Shown: piece by piece, positions 19,519 through 28,509 of the stretch
Position numbering within the stretch: the stretch's first letter is position 1
Layout of the letters: each line of letters begins with the position of its first letter
From: Opitutales bacterium
GTDB taxonomy: Bacteria > Verrucomicrobiota > Verrucomicrobiia > Opitutales > Opitutaceae
Assembly (NCBI GenBank): GCA_038223295.1
Contig: JBBRHC010000001.1
Coordinates: 1-35,286 of the forward strand
Direction: 5' to 3'
DNA length: 35,286 bases
The notes under the pieces: model-generated
Seen by the model: only the letters and a program-made list of their open reading frames with translations
What the model was told of the DNA's origin: nothing
The model's database searches: none
Translations under genes and position numbers: made by a program

Positions 19519-20028
19519 TCAGTCGTCGCTTTCCGTGCCCTGCTCGGCCTCCATGTTGATGTTGGTGGCGAGATCGGTGAGCTTCTCGTCGGTGGCCTTC
19601 TCCTCCTCGAGCGTCTGCTCGAGCAGCTCGCGCACCTCTTCATAGCCGAGCAGCTCGGCAAAGGCGCGCAGCGTGCCGTAGCCGGCGATCTCGTAGTGCT
19701 CGACCTTCTGGGCGGCGCAGATGAGCGCGGCGTCTTTGACGCTGGGCGCGGCATCCTCGGAGATGGTTTCCGCGCCCTCGGCCACGAGGCCTTCCATGGC
19801 GAGGCACTTTTTGCCCTTGGGGGAGAACTCCAGAAGCTCGGCGATACGCTCCAGACGCACGATGTGCTCCTGGGTTTGCTCGAGATGCTCCTCAAAGCCG
19901 GCCTTCAAATCCGGGTCGTTGGCCGCCTTCGCCATCTTGGGCAGGGCCTTGGTGAGTTGGGTCTCGGCACTGTAGAGATCCTTGATTTCCTCGATAAACA
20001 ATTCGTGCAGGGTTTCGATTTTAGACAT
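19519..20028 (-). CDS. yciF: YciE/YciF family ferritin-like protein (DUF892)
   Basis: IKDLYSAETQLTKALPKMAKAA, HLEQT, CLAMEGLVAEG, AAQKVEHYEIAGYGTL, TLEEEKATDEKLT. Confidence 0.95.
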   Translation of the reverse strand: MSKIETLHELFIEEIKDLYSAETQLTKALPKMAKAANDPDLKAGFEEHLEQTQEHIVRLERIAELLEFSPKGKKCLAMEGLVAEGAETISEDAAPSVKDAALICAAQKVEHYEIAGYGTLRAFAELLGYEEVRELLEQTLEEEKATDEKLTDLATNINMEAEQGTESDD

Positions 20029-20040
20029 GGTGGGTTTTGA

Positions 20041-20241
20041 TTATTGGTTAACAGGCTGGCTGGGCGGACGCGCATCCGCGCCCGAAGTGCGTCGCTCCTG
20101 GGTGAGGGCGAGCAAAAACAACGAAACAAAAAGCGCGCATCCGACCTTCGCGATGAAGGCGGCTAGTCCATCGAAAAGGCCAAAGCCCAATACGGCGGAG
20201 ATGAGAGCCAAAGGGACAAAGAGGAAGCCATTGCGGAGCAT
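20041..20241 (-). CDS. DUF1328 (UPF0391/YtjA) small membrane protein
   Basis: ALISAVLGFG..G.AAFIAKV..ALFVSLFL pattern; lies between csbD and yciF. Confidence 0.78.
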   Translation of the reverse strand: MLRNGFLFVPLALISAVLGFGLFDGLAAFIAKVGCALFVSLFLLALTQERRTSGADARPPSQPVNQ

Positions 20242-20253
20242 GGTGGGGGTCCC

Positions 20254-20460
20254 TTAGGCGTGCGCCTTGAGTTTCCGATCCTCGGTAAGGAAACGCTCGA
20301 CCGTCTCCCTGCTCTCGCCGGTGCGCTTTTGGATACGGCCGTAGAGCTCCTCCTCCTTGCCTTCGACGTAGTTCAAATCGTCGTCCGTCAACGTCGCGTA
20401 TTTCTGCCTCAGCTTACCCTTCGCGATGTTCCAGTTTCCTTTAAGGCTCAATGTGTTCAT
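20254..20460 (-). CDS. csbD: CsbD/YjbJ family general stress protein
   Basis: LKGNWNIAKGKLRQKYATLTDDDL..VEGKEEELYGRIQKRTG. Confidence 0.95.
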   Translation of the reverse strand: MNTLSLKGNWNIAKGKLRQKYATLTDDDLNYVEGKEEELYGRIQKRTGESRETVERFLTEDRKLKAHA

Positions 20461-20526
20461 AGAGGTTGGTGGGTAGAGGTTAGGGTAGGTGATCCGGACC
20501 GGGGACCGCGCCCGCCTCGCCGCTCC

Positions 20527-20542
20527 TGCAGCGTGGATGCCA
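20527..20542 (-). promoter_or_regulatory. Sigma54 (-24/-12) promoter upstream of csbD
   Basis: Minus strand TGGCATCCACGCTGCA has exact GG-N10-GC spacing versus TGGCACGN4TTGCW and lies about 67 nt upstream of the ATG. Confidence 0.7.
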
Positions 20543-20631
20543 CCGGGGGAAGGGCTCCGATAAACACCTCCCCTTTATATGGATAAAGCCTATCTACGTC
20601 CCGTCGCCTATCGATTCCCGCCCCGTGCATG

Positions 20632-20676
20632 GGTGCGACCTGCAACCAACCTAGGGTAAACGGTGCAAATTGCACC
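20632..20676. promoter_or_regulatory. Twin palindromic enhancer-like (UAS) sites
   Basis: GGTGCGACCTGCAAC (20632-20646) and GGTGCAAATTGCACC (20662-20676), 30 bp apart. Confidence 0.55.
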
Positions 20677-20749
20677 GGCGCCAAAACAACTCCGGCTCAC
20701 CCGTGATATGCCGTTTGAACCGGGCGTTTTTCTTCCGCTCACTCCCCGC

Positions 20750-21994
20750 ATGCCCCTGCCTGCCGATGCTATCGACGACACGAATCCGGGTGCCGCCCTC
20801 GTCCGCTCGCCCAGCCGCACCCTGAACGCCGAATTGACGAACCGGGTGGAGGAGCTGGCCCGCGCCAACCGCGAGCTGCAAAACCTCATGGACGCGAGTG
20901 ACATCGCCACCCTCTTCCTTGACCGGGAGCTGCGCATCAAACGCCACACCCCGCCCGCCCGGTCCCTCTTTCACCTCATCGCCTCCGAAACGGGACGCCC
21001 CCTCGCCGATCTGAGCCATCGACTGGAGCCCAACACCCTCGCGATCAACGCCGCCCAGGTCCTGCTCGACCACATCCCCATCGAGCGCGAGGTGCGCGGC
21101 CTCGCAGGTCGTTGGTTCCTCGCCCGCTTCATCCCCTACCGCACCTTGGAAAACCGCGACGACGGCGTGGTGCTCACGTTTATCGACGTCACCGCCCGCA
21201 AGCACGCCGAGGAGGAACTCCGCCACGCACACGAAAACCTGGCGCGGAGCGTCCAGCGGCGCACCGCGGAGCTCGACCACGCCAACCAAGCCCTGCGCGA
21301 GGAGATTTTGGAGCGCAAACGTGCACAACAGGACCGCCAGGATCTGCTGCGCCGCTTGGCGTGCGCCCAAGAAGCCGAGCGAGGCCACGTCTCGCGCGAG
21401 TTGCACGATCAGATGGGCCAACACCTCACCGCGCTTATCCTCGGCCTGAAATCGCTGCGCCTGGCTATTCCCGATACCGATCACGTCGACTCGCTCCGCA
21501 CCCTGCTCGAGACCGCCGAGACGGTCGGGCGCGAGACCCATGAACTGGCGCTCCAGCTCCGCCCCACCGCGCTTGATGATCTTGGTCTGCTGCTCGCCCT
21601 CGGCAACTACGCCGAGAAATGGTCGGAACGCGCCAAGGTAAAAGTATGCCTCCACAGTCAGGGCCTGGACCACGCGCGCCTGCCCCGCCACATCGAGACC
21701 ATGCTCTACCGCATTGCCTGCGAGGCGCTTAATAACGTTCTGAAACACGCCCGCGCCACCCAGGTGAGCATCCTCCTCGAACGACGCCCCGCCTCGGCCC
21801 ATATCATCATCGAGGACGATGGCAGCGGCTTCGATCCCGACGCCTTGCAGGCGCACGGCTACAACGGTCGCCTGGGACTGCGCGGGATGAAAGAACGCGC
21901 CAGCCTGCTGGACGGCGAACTCGTCATCGAGTCCGCCCCGGGCCGGGGAACCACCATCTTCGGGCGGGTGCCGCTAAACCCAGCCAGCGGGTGA
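20750..21994 (+). CDS. PAS sensor histidine kinase, HisKA_3 (NarX/UhpB type); start uncertain (20708 or 20750)
   Basis: QEAERGHVSRELHDQMGQHLT, LRPTALDDLGL, EALNNVLKHARA, DDGSGFD, LGLRGMKER; N-terminal PAS of the CheB-CheR-fusion type. Confidence 0.92.
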   Translation: MPLPADAIDDTNPGAALVRSPSRTLNAELTNRVEELARANRELQNLMDASDIATLFLDRELRIKRHTPPARSLFHLIASETGRPLADLSHRLEPNTLAINAAQVLLDHIPIEREVRGLAGRWFLARFIPYRTLENRDDGVVLTFIDVTARKHAEEELRHAHENLARSVQRRTAELDHANQALREEILERKRAQQDRQDLLRRLACAQEAERGHVSRELHDQMGQHLTALILGLKSLRLAIPDTDHVDSLRTLLETAETVGRETHELALQLRPTALDDLGLLLALGNYAEKWSERAKVKVCLHSQGLDHARLPRHIETMLYRIACEALNNVLKHARATQVSILLERRPASAHIIIEDDGSGFDPDALQAHGYNGRLGLRGMKERASLLDGELVIESAPGRGTTIFGRVPLNPASG

Positions 21995-22064
21995 TGGGCG
22001 AGTTAACCCGCCCCGTCTGGGCCCTCGTAAGTAAGAACGTGGCCGTCGCAAGCCGGCCCTGAGA

Positions 22065-22538
22065 TCACGGCTTGGCCCGCAGGGTGTCAGGTGTGAGCAC
22101 ACGCGGCAGAAGGTTCAGCTTGAGCCAATAGGTGTCGATCATGCGCACCATATCCACGAGCACCACCAGACTCAACGGCTTCACCAGATAGGAGTTGGCC
22201 AAGAGTCCATACGCCCGGCGCACATCCTCTTCATGCGAGGACGAAGTCCACATGATCACCGTCAATTGACGGAGATCAGGATGTCCGCGGATCCAGGCCA
22301 ACACCTCAAAACCCGTCATGCGCGGCATATTCACATCCAGAATTACCAGATCGGGAAACGGATACTTCGCACGGTCGCCATACTGCCCTTCCCCCTTTAG
22401 GTAGTCCACTGCCTCCACCCCATCTATCGCATGGCGTAGTTCGTAGGTCACCCCCGCTTTCTTGCCCGCCATCTCGAAGAGGATCCGTTCGTTGGGTCCA
22501 TCATCAACTAACAGGACGAGTTTGGGATACGTAGGCAT
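22065..22538 (-). CDS. Single-domain response regulator, Rcp1-like
   Basis: LLVDD, DGVEAVDYL, PDLVILDVNMPRMTGFEVL, TSSSHEEDVRRAY..ANSYLVKP. Confidence 0.93.
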   Translation of the reverse strand: MPTYPKLVLLVDDGPNERILFEMAGKKAGVTYELRHAIDGVEAVDYLKGEGQYGDRAKYPFPDLVILDVNMPRMTGFEVLAWIRGHPDLRQLTVIMWTSSSHEEDVRRAYGLLANSYLVKPLSLVVLVDMVRMIDTYWLKLNLLPRVLTPDTLRAKP

Positions 22539-22656
22539 TTTTTTTCGATGCTTGGAGGTAATTACCTACCGAGCAATCCAAAGGTGAGGCCAATATGTCA
22601 GAAAATCCGGAAGGATAACGGGGGGGATTCTCCTTTCGCAACGTTCCTGCTCATAA

Positions 22657-23301
22657 TTAGTTACTCTGCAGCCAGCCATGCTGAATCGCATGTCGGACGA
22701 TATCAACCCGGCTGCGCAGCCGCAACTTGTCCATGGAGCGCGCCTTGTAGGTTTCGATCGTTTTCACGCTCAACTTCAGTTTTGACGCAACCTCTTTATT
22801 GCTAAATCCTTGTGCTATAAATTGCAGGACCGCGAGTTCCCGCTCACTCAGACGTTCCATGCCGTTCCTATCCGAATGGTTCAGCATCGTATCCACGAGC
22901 TGCCGCGTGATGTCGGCGTCCACGCTCAATCCTCCCGCCGCCACCGTCCGGATGGCCGGGATGAGGCCGGTGGCCGCCGCCCGTTTTAGCAAATACCCAA
23001 GCACGCCTGCGTCCAAGAGTTCGCGCGAATAGCTTTTGTCCTCGTGCATCGTCAAAACCAGCACCCGGACCTGCGGGCACGCCTCGCGCAGACGATGCGC
23101 CACCTCGATGCCATTTAATCCGGGCATGGAGATATCAAGCACCACCACGTCGGGCGCGTGCGCCATAATCGCGGCCAGTGTTTTCTCACCGTCCTCCGCT
23201 TCGCCCACCACCTCCATGTCCGACTCCGACTCGATCAGACGCTTAAGACCCTCGCGCACCACCGCGTGATCATCGGCAAGAAGTATATTCAGTTTTTTCA
23301 T
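22657..23301 (-). CDS. NarL/LuxR family response regulator
   Basis: LADDHAVVREGL, LDISMPGLNG, LTMHED, LSERELAVL...LSVKTIETYKAR. Confidence 0.95.
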   Translation of the reverse strand: MKKLNILLADDHAVVREGLKRLIESESDMEVVGEAEDGEKTLAAIMAHAPDVVVLDISMPGLNGIEVAHRLREACPQVRVLVLTMHEDKSYSRELLDAGVLGYLLKRAAATGLIPAIRTVAAGGLSVDADITRQLVDTMLNHSDRNGMERLSERELAVLQFIAQGFSNKEVASKLKLSVKTIETYKARSMDKLRLRSRVDIVRHAIQHGWLQSN

Positions 23302-23617
23302 GGTGCCGCGACCGCATCATCGTGGCGGCTTCGTAATTGGACCTCAACTCACAGCAAGGGAACTCTAAGCCACCAGATAAAAGTAAAAACGACATGAATT
23401 TGCGTTGTCATGCGCCACAGGATGAGGCGCCAAAAATGATCCGCTATCTCGCAATTATTTTACTCACGGTTACTTATCCATGCCCCCTTCCGACACCCGC
23501 GAAGCCACCCAACACAGCTAACCCAGCAGGAGTAGGGCACCGGCCAGGCAGCGCCACCACATGCCGTAGCGCTCGGTAAATACCGTCATTCAAATCTACA
23601 ATGAGTCCTCATCGTAC

Positions 23618-23661
23618 AAAAACGGGACTGCACGCCTCGCCTAGGCTAGCCGTGCAGTCCC
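23618..23661 (-). terminator. Intrinsic terminator after the beta-barrel gene
   Basis: 11-bp stem GGGACTGCACG/CGTGCAGTCCC followed on the minus strand by GTTTTT. Confidence 0.75.
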
Positions 23662-23724
23662 TCAGGTTTTGATGGCGAGAGCCGCCGTGTTCGCACGTCG
23701 GTTCCCTCCGGCGTTGGGTTGATT

Positions 23725-24384
23725 TTAGAAGTTGAAACCCACACCGACCGTCCAGGTGAAGCCGCCGTCACTGAAGTTATCCTCGGCGTCGTCGGAATCA
23801 TCAAAGGCCCAAGCATAATCCATCATGCCGAAGAGAAAGGTCTGCGGCAGCACGTAGAATTTTAAGCCACCTTCGATGCCGGCCACGAAGGTCTCCTCCA
23901 CGTCTTCGCCATACACTCCGCCGAAGTTCACGCCGACGAAGGGCAGGAACCGACCGGACACAAAGATATGCTGATCCAAGGCCACGCGGGTTGAGGCGAA
24001 CCAGTTGGCGTCGTCATCATTGGAGTTGGCGTAATTCACCGACTGGCGGACGACCAATTCCAGCGTGTCGTTCAAGTAGAATCCCAGGGAGGCGCCGATG
24101 CCGCCCGAAGAATCATCCATATCCTTGTTGCTGAGTCCGCTGCCCGTGAGGATGAACTCGCGGTCGCCGGCGCGCGGACCCTCGAACGAGGCCCGCCAGT
24201 CGCCGTAGCGCTCGGTCGTGGTGGTACCACTACGGGTATCGGAACGGTTGTCGTAGCGAGGAGTGGCGGACTGCGCGACGGGGTCGCCCGGGTCCGGATA
24301 GCCCGGGGTGGTGGCGGATTGGGCCGACAATTCCGGCGAGGTCGCCAGGGCCAGCAAACTAACTAACAGGGTGGGGGTTTTCAT
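23725..24384 (-). CDS. Outer-membrane beta-barrel protein (small, OmpA/OmpW-like)
   Basis: Signal peptide, alternating amphipathic strands (PFVGVNFG, GGLKFYV), C-terminal beta-signal WTVGVGFNF; ATG 24384. Confidence 0.85.
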   Translation of the reverse strand: MKTPTLLVSLLALATSPELSAQSATTPGYPDPGDPVAQSATPRYDNRSDTRSGTTTTERYGDWRASFEGPRAGDREFILTGSGLSNKDMDDSSGGIGASLGFYLNDTLELVVRQSVNYANSNDDDANWFASTRVALDQHIFVSGRFLPFVGVNFGGVYGEDVEETFVAGIEGGLKFYVLPQTFLFGMMDYAWAFDDSDDAEDNFSDGGFTWTVGVGFNF

Positions 24385-24570
24385 GGTTGGTTTTTGAGTT
24401 ATAGGTTTGCGAAACGCTTGAAGCGCACGGGTAAAGCCCACTCTTTTTCAAGCCCGCGCGCAATACGCGGCCGCCGGCCAATCCCCCCAAATCAACATCG
24501 GTCCGAGCCCCCATGCGCGACCGGTGCATCCACTTTTTCAATACGCAGGACGCGGCGTGCTCGCCTCGCC

Positions 24571-25695
24571 TCAACGCGCCGCGACCGACAAGCGCTCCGC
24601 CAACTCGCGGGTCGCCCCTCCCCCGCGAGTCGTCGCCTGGCGTTCCTCCAGCCATTCCGCGATCTCCTCCAAACCCTGCTCAAGTGTGATCCGCGGCGTA
24701 AATTTGAGCACGTCACGCGCGAGCGTGATATCGGCGAAGCAGTGCCGGACATCTCCCGCGCGGTAGCGTTGCGTCACTTCCGGCTGAATGTGCGAGCAGC
24801 CAAGGGTGCGGCCCAGACGATGCGCCACCTCGTTGATCGAGAGGTGCCGGCCGCTCGCGATATTGAGCACCCGCCCCGGGGCGTCCGGAGCGGTGAGGGC
24901 ATCGGCGCAGGCGCGGGCGACGTCGTGGACATTGACGAAATCCCGACGCTGTTCCCCATCCTCGAAAATCAACGGCGGCAATTGGTCAAGATATCGGATC
25001 GCGAACACGGTGAGCACGCTGGCCCCGCGGTTGCAGAGCGCCTGGCGCGGGCCGTAAACGTTGAAAAACCTTAACGCCACCGTCGGTATGCCGTAGGTCG
25101 GACCGACGATGAGGCAGAGTCGCTCCTGGTCGAATTTGGAAAGCGCATAGACCGAGGCGAGGTCGGGTGTCTTGGACTCGGGCGTGGGCACGGGCGTGAG
25201 GATGCGGCCGCCGCAGCCACGCAATTCCCACTCGTGCGCCTGGAGCTGCTCCACCGGCCGCTGCTCGCCATGCACCAACACACCCTCTGGCGAACGATAC
25301 ATGCCCTCGCCATAAATGCTCATGCTGGACCCCACCACCAACCGCCCCACCGGGCGCCGGGCGAGTTCCTCCAGCAGGACGGCGGTGCCCTCGTTGTTCA
25401 CCGACGTGTAGTCGCAGATCTGATACATGCTCGGGCCCGCCCCGACCATCGCGGCGAAGTGGTACACCGCATCCACGTCCTCCAGGGCCTTGCGCACCGA
25501 GGAGGGATTCAACATGTCGCCCACCCGGAAATCCACCTCCGGATCCAGGTAGGCGGGGCGCTCGCCGCCGTCGCCATGGACTTGGTCCACCAATGCGTCC
25601 AAGACCCGCACCCGGTGACCGCGCTGCAAAAGCTCGTCCGCCAGATGTGAGCCGATGAAACCGGCTCCGCCAGTGATAAGGATACGTTTAGACAT
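24571..25695 (-). CDS. NAD-dependent epimerase/dehydratase (extended SDR)
   Basis: ITGGAGFIGSH, SSMSIYGEG, YALSK, LRFFNVYGPRQ, DGEQRRDFVNVHD; ATG 25695. Confidence 0.92.
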   Translation of the reverse strand: MSKRILITGGAGFIGSHLADELLQRGHRVRVLDALVDQVHGDGGERPAYLDPEVDFRVGDMLNPSSVRKALEDVDAVYHFAAMVGAGPSMYQICDYTSVNNEGTAVLLEELARRPVGRLVVGSSMSIYGEGMYRSPEGVLVHGEQRPVEQLQAHEWELRGCGGRILTPVPTPESKTPDLASVYALSKFDQERLCLIVGPTYGIPTVALRFFNVYGPRQALCNRGASVLTVFAIRYLDQLPPLIFEDGEQRRDFVNVHDVARACADALTAPDAPGRVLNIASGRHLSINEVAHRLGRTLGCSHIQPEVTQRYRAGDVRHCFADITLARDVLKFTPRITLEQGLEEIAEWLEERQATTRGGGATRELAERLSVAAR

Positions 25696-25958
25696 AGGGC
25701 TTTTTGGGACCGGGCATTGATCGCCCGGAACTAATACACTACGGGATCGAAGCACCGGAAAACATCGGATGACGCGCCGAGTAACAAATGGGGCTTTGTC
25801 GAATTTTTACTCGGTAAAATTACCGTAACCCTATGACTTTCTGCGCGTGTTCGCCGCGCCCTTCGTATCGCCATCGTATATCGGAAAGGGAAACGCGCAT
25901 AACAGGCGACATCCCGATGCATTTCGCCGCCCCTGGCCCGATGGGCGCGCGTCCTTTA

Positions 25959-25967
25959 TGATATAGT
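25959..25967 (+). promoter_or_regulatory. Extended -10 promoter element upstream of ku
   Basis: TGATATAGT (TGn + TATAGT) in an AT-rich patch about 58 nt upstream of the ATG. Confidence 0.5.
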
Positions 25968-26025
25968 GTATACTTCATTATGACGCACCTCTTAAACGCC
26001 GCGGATCGCCGCCCTGCCTAATACC

Positions 26026-26898
26026 ATGAGAGCCATCTGGAAAGGCGCGATCAGCTTTGGCCTGGTCAATATCCCCGTCTCCCTTTTCCCCGCCTTGAAG
26101 CGGGAGGAGTTGTCTTTCCATATGCTGCGCGCCTCCGATCACAGCCGCATCAGCTACAAACGGGTGGCCGAGGCCGACGGCAAGGAGGTGCCGTGGGATC
26201 AAATCGTGAAGGGCTACGAATATGAAAAAGGCCGCTACGTGGTGCTGAAAGACGATGATTTCGCCCGGATCGATATTGAGGCCACGCAAACCGTCGACAT
26301 CATGCGCTTTGTAAAACTGGAGGAGGTGAGCCCCCTGCTTTTCAACAAACCTTACTACATGGAGCCGGTAAAAACCGGAGCCAAAGCTTACTCGCTCCTG
26401 CGCGAGGCGCTTGTCGCGGGCGGCAAGATCGGCATCGCCGAGGTTGTTATAAAAACGCGCCGTCATCTCGCCGCGATCAAACCCCAGAACGACGGCCTCA
26501 TCCTCGAGCTCATGCACTACCCCGCGGATCTGCGTCCCGCCGAGGAGTATAAACTCCCCGCCAACGTCGCGCCGGGCCGGGAGGAAATGAAGATGGCGCG
26601 CGCCCTGATCGACAACATGACGGCGCCTTGGCGGCCCGAGGAATATGAAGATAGATACAAGGAGGATATGGAAAAACTCATCGAAGAGAAAGTTAAGCAC
26701 CAGGGCGACGACGAGCCCACCCGACCCGCCCGGAAGAAGGCCCCCTCCAACGTTATCGACCTCGTCGCGGTATTGAAACAAAGCCTGGCCGAAAGCGAAA
26801 AAAAGGCCGCCGCCCCCGCCGCCAAAAAGGCAAAGATCGCGCCTAAGGCAGCCGTAAAATCAAAGACCTCGGGCGCGCCAAAACGGAAGGCGGCCTGA
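26026..26898 (+). CDS. ku: Ku protein (NHEJ DNA-end binding)
   Basis: MRAIWKGAISFGLVNIPV, IVKGYEYEKGRYV, AYSLLREAL, NVIDLVAVLKQSL, Lys/Ala-rich tail. Confidence 0.97.
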   Translation: MRAIWKGAISFGLVNIPVSLFPALKREELSFHMLRASDHSRISYKRVAEADGKEVPWDQIVKGYEYEKGRYVVLKDDDFARIDIEATQTVDIMRFVKLEEVSPLLFNKPYYMEPVKTGAKAYSLLREALVAGGKIGIAEVVIKTRRHLAAIKPQNDGLILELMHYPADLRPAEEYKLPANVAPGREEMKMARALIDNMTAPWRPEEYEDRYKEDMEKLIEEKVKHQGDDEPTRPARKKAPSNVIDLVAVLKQSLAESEKKAAAPAAKKAKIAPKAAVKSKTSGAPKRKAA

Positions 26899-26919
26899 GC
26901 CTCCGCGTAAACGTTTGCC

Positions 26920-28506
26920 ATGTCGCTCGAAGTGTACGCCCGAAAGCGCGATTTCAAAAAAACCGCCGAGCCCCCCGCCACGCCCGCCCCCGCCCGCCGC
27001 GCCCGCGCCAAGCCCGCCGCGCCACGGTTCGTGGTGCAAAAACACGCGGCCACGCGGCTCCATTTTGACCTTCGGCTCGAGCTGGATGGCGCGCTAAAAT
27101 CCTGGGCCGTGCCCAAGGGCATGCCGCTGAAGCACGGCGAAAAACGCCTCGCCGTCCATGTGGAGGACCATCCCGTCTCCTATATCGACTTCGAGGGCAC
27201 CATACCCAAGGGCGAATACGGAGGCGGCACCGTGATGGTTTGGGACACCGGCACTTATATAGCCGACACCGCCTCTCCCGCCGAAGATCTCGCGAAAGGA
27301 AAACTACATTTCACCCTGCATGGGAAAAAACTACGCGGCGCATGGCATCTGGTCCGGCTGCGCTCCACCGAGGAGAATCAATGGCTGGTGATCCGGGGCG
27401 GGGAGGACTTGGAACCGATTTCCGCGCGGCGGGACGATGCTTCCGCCACTTCCGGCCGCTCGATGAAGGCGATCTCCGCCGGAGGAGCCGCGCCCGCCGC
27501 CAAGACGAAAAAAACCAAACCCGCGGTCGCGCCTTCGCTCGCTTTCGTGGAGCCGATGATGGCCCGCCTCGTCACGGAGCCCCCGCCCGGCGAGTGGGGT
27601 TATGAGATAAAGTTCGACGGCTACCGCGCCCTCGCGGTGAAGGATGCGTCCGGGGTTCGGCTCTTCTCGCGCAATCAGAAGAATCTTGGCGATAAATTCC
27701 CCGAAGTCGTCGAGGCCCTAGCCGCTCTAGCCACCCGCGCGGCCATCCTCGACGGCGAGCTTGTCGCACTCGATCCGACCGGCCGCTCCTCGTTTCAGCT
27801 CCTCCAAGCCGCCGAAATCGGCGAAGAGCGCCCGCCGCTTTATTACTACGTTTTCGACCTGCTGCACCTCGACGGCAAAAACCTGCTCGATCTTCCGCTC
27901 ACCGAGCGAAAGGCGCGCTTGGAGAAATTGCTTAAACCTCAAGGCGCGGGGCTTATCCGATTTTCCGCCACCTTGGGAACCGATGCGGAGGCCTTGCTCC
28001 AGCACGCTCGTCGCGCCGGCCTGGAGGGACTGATCGGCAAGCAGCTCGACTCGCGATACGAAATCGGACGCCGCGGCGGCGCTTGGATAAAGCTGAAGCT
28101 CCACCAGGAGCAGGAATTCATCATCGGTGGTTACACCCCGCCCGCCGGCAGCCGCTCCCATTTCGGCGCCCTCCTTGTCGGGGTTCGCGAGGGCAGGGAT
28201 CTCGTTTTCGTGGGCAAAGTCGGCACCGGTTTTGACCAAAAACTGCTAGGCGATCTGCACGCCCGCTTCGCTCCGATGCTCCAGGACGCGTGCCCCTTTG
28301 CCAACCTGCCGGTCAAGCGGAGCGCCCGCTACGGCGAGGCCATGACGGCGGCGGTGATGAAACGATGCCACTGGGTGCGCCCCGTCCTGGTGTGCCAGCT
28401 CCGTTTCGCCGAGTGGACGCGAGACAACCGCCTGCGCCAGCCGGTCTTTCTGGGCCTGCGCGAAGACAAAAAAGCCTCCGCCGTGGTTCGCGAGCGTGCC
28501 GCCTGA
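26920..28506 (+). CDS. ligD: LigD: 3'-phosphoesterase + ATP-dependent ligase domains (no polymerase domain)
   Basis: PE: FVVQKHAATRLHFDLRLE, SWAVPKG, VEDHP, YGGGTVMVWD; ligase: EIKFDGYR, LDGE, FDLL, LEGLIGK, WIKLK, LRQPVFLGLREDK. Confidence 0.95.
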   Translation: MSLEVYARKRDFKKTAEPPATPAPARRARAKPAAPRFVVQKHAATRLHFDLRLELDGALKSWAVPKGMPLKHGEKRLAVHVEDHPVSYIDFEGTIPKGEYGGGTVMVWDTGTYIADTASPAEDLAKGKLHFTLHGKKLRGAWHLVRLRSTEENQWLVIRGGEDLEPISARRDDASATSGRSMKAISAGGAAPAAKTKKTKPAVAPSLAFVEPMMARLVTEPPPGEWGYEIKFDGYRALAVKDASGVRLFSRNQKNLGDKFPEVVEALAALATRAAILDGELVALDPTGRSSFQLLQAAEIGEERPPLYYYVFDLLHLDGKNLLDLPLTERKARLEKLLKPQGAGLIRFSATLGTDAEALLQHARRAGLEGLIGKQLDSRYEIGRRGGAWIKLKLHQEQEFIIGGYTPPAGSRSHFGALLVGVREGRDLVFVGKVGTGFDQKLLGDLHARFAPMLQDACPFANLPVKRSARYGEAMTAAVMKRCHWVRPVLVCQLRFAEWTRDNRLRQPVFLGLREDKKASAVVRERAA

Positions 28507-28509
28507 TCC

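Noticed and set aside
20651-21856. 401-aa ORF on the - strand
   Set aside because: Shadow of the HisKA_3 kinase
23337-23579. 80-aa ORF in the AT-rich spacer
   Set aside because: No recognisable family, atypical codon usage; likely promoter DNA
25934-25949. TGGCCCG-N4-GCGC as a sigma54 promoter for ku
   Set aside because: Poor -12 box; an extended -10 at 25959-25967 is a better explanation, though it is not fully excluded
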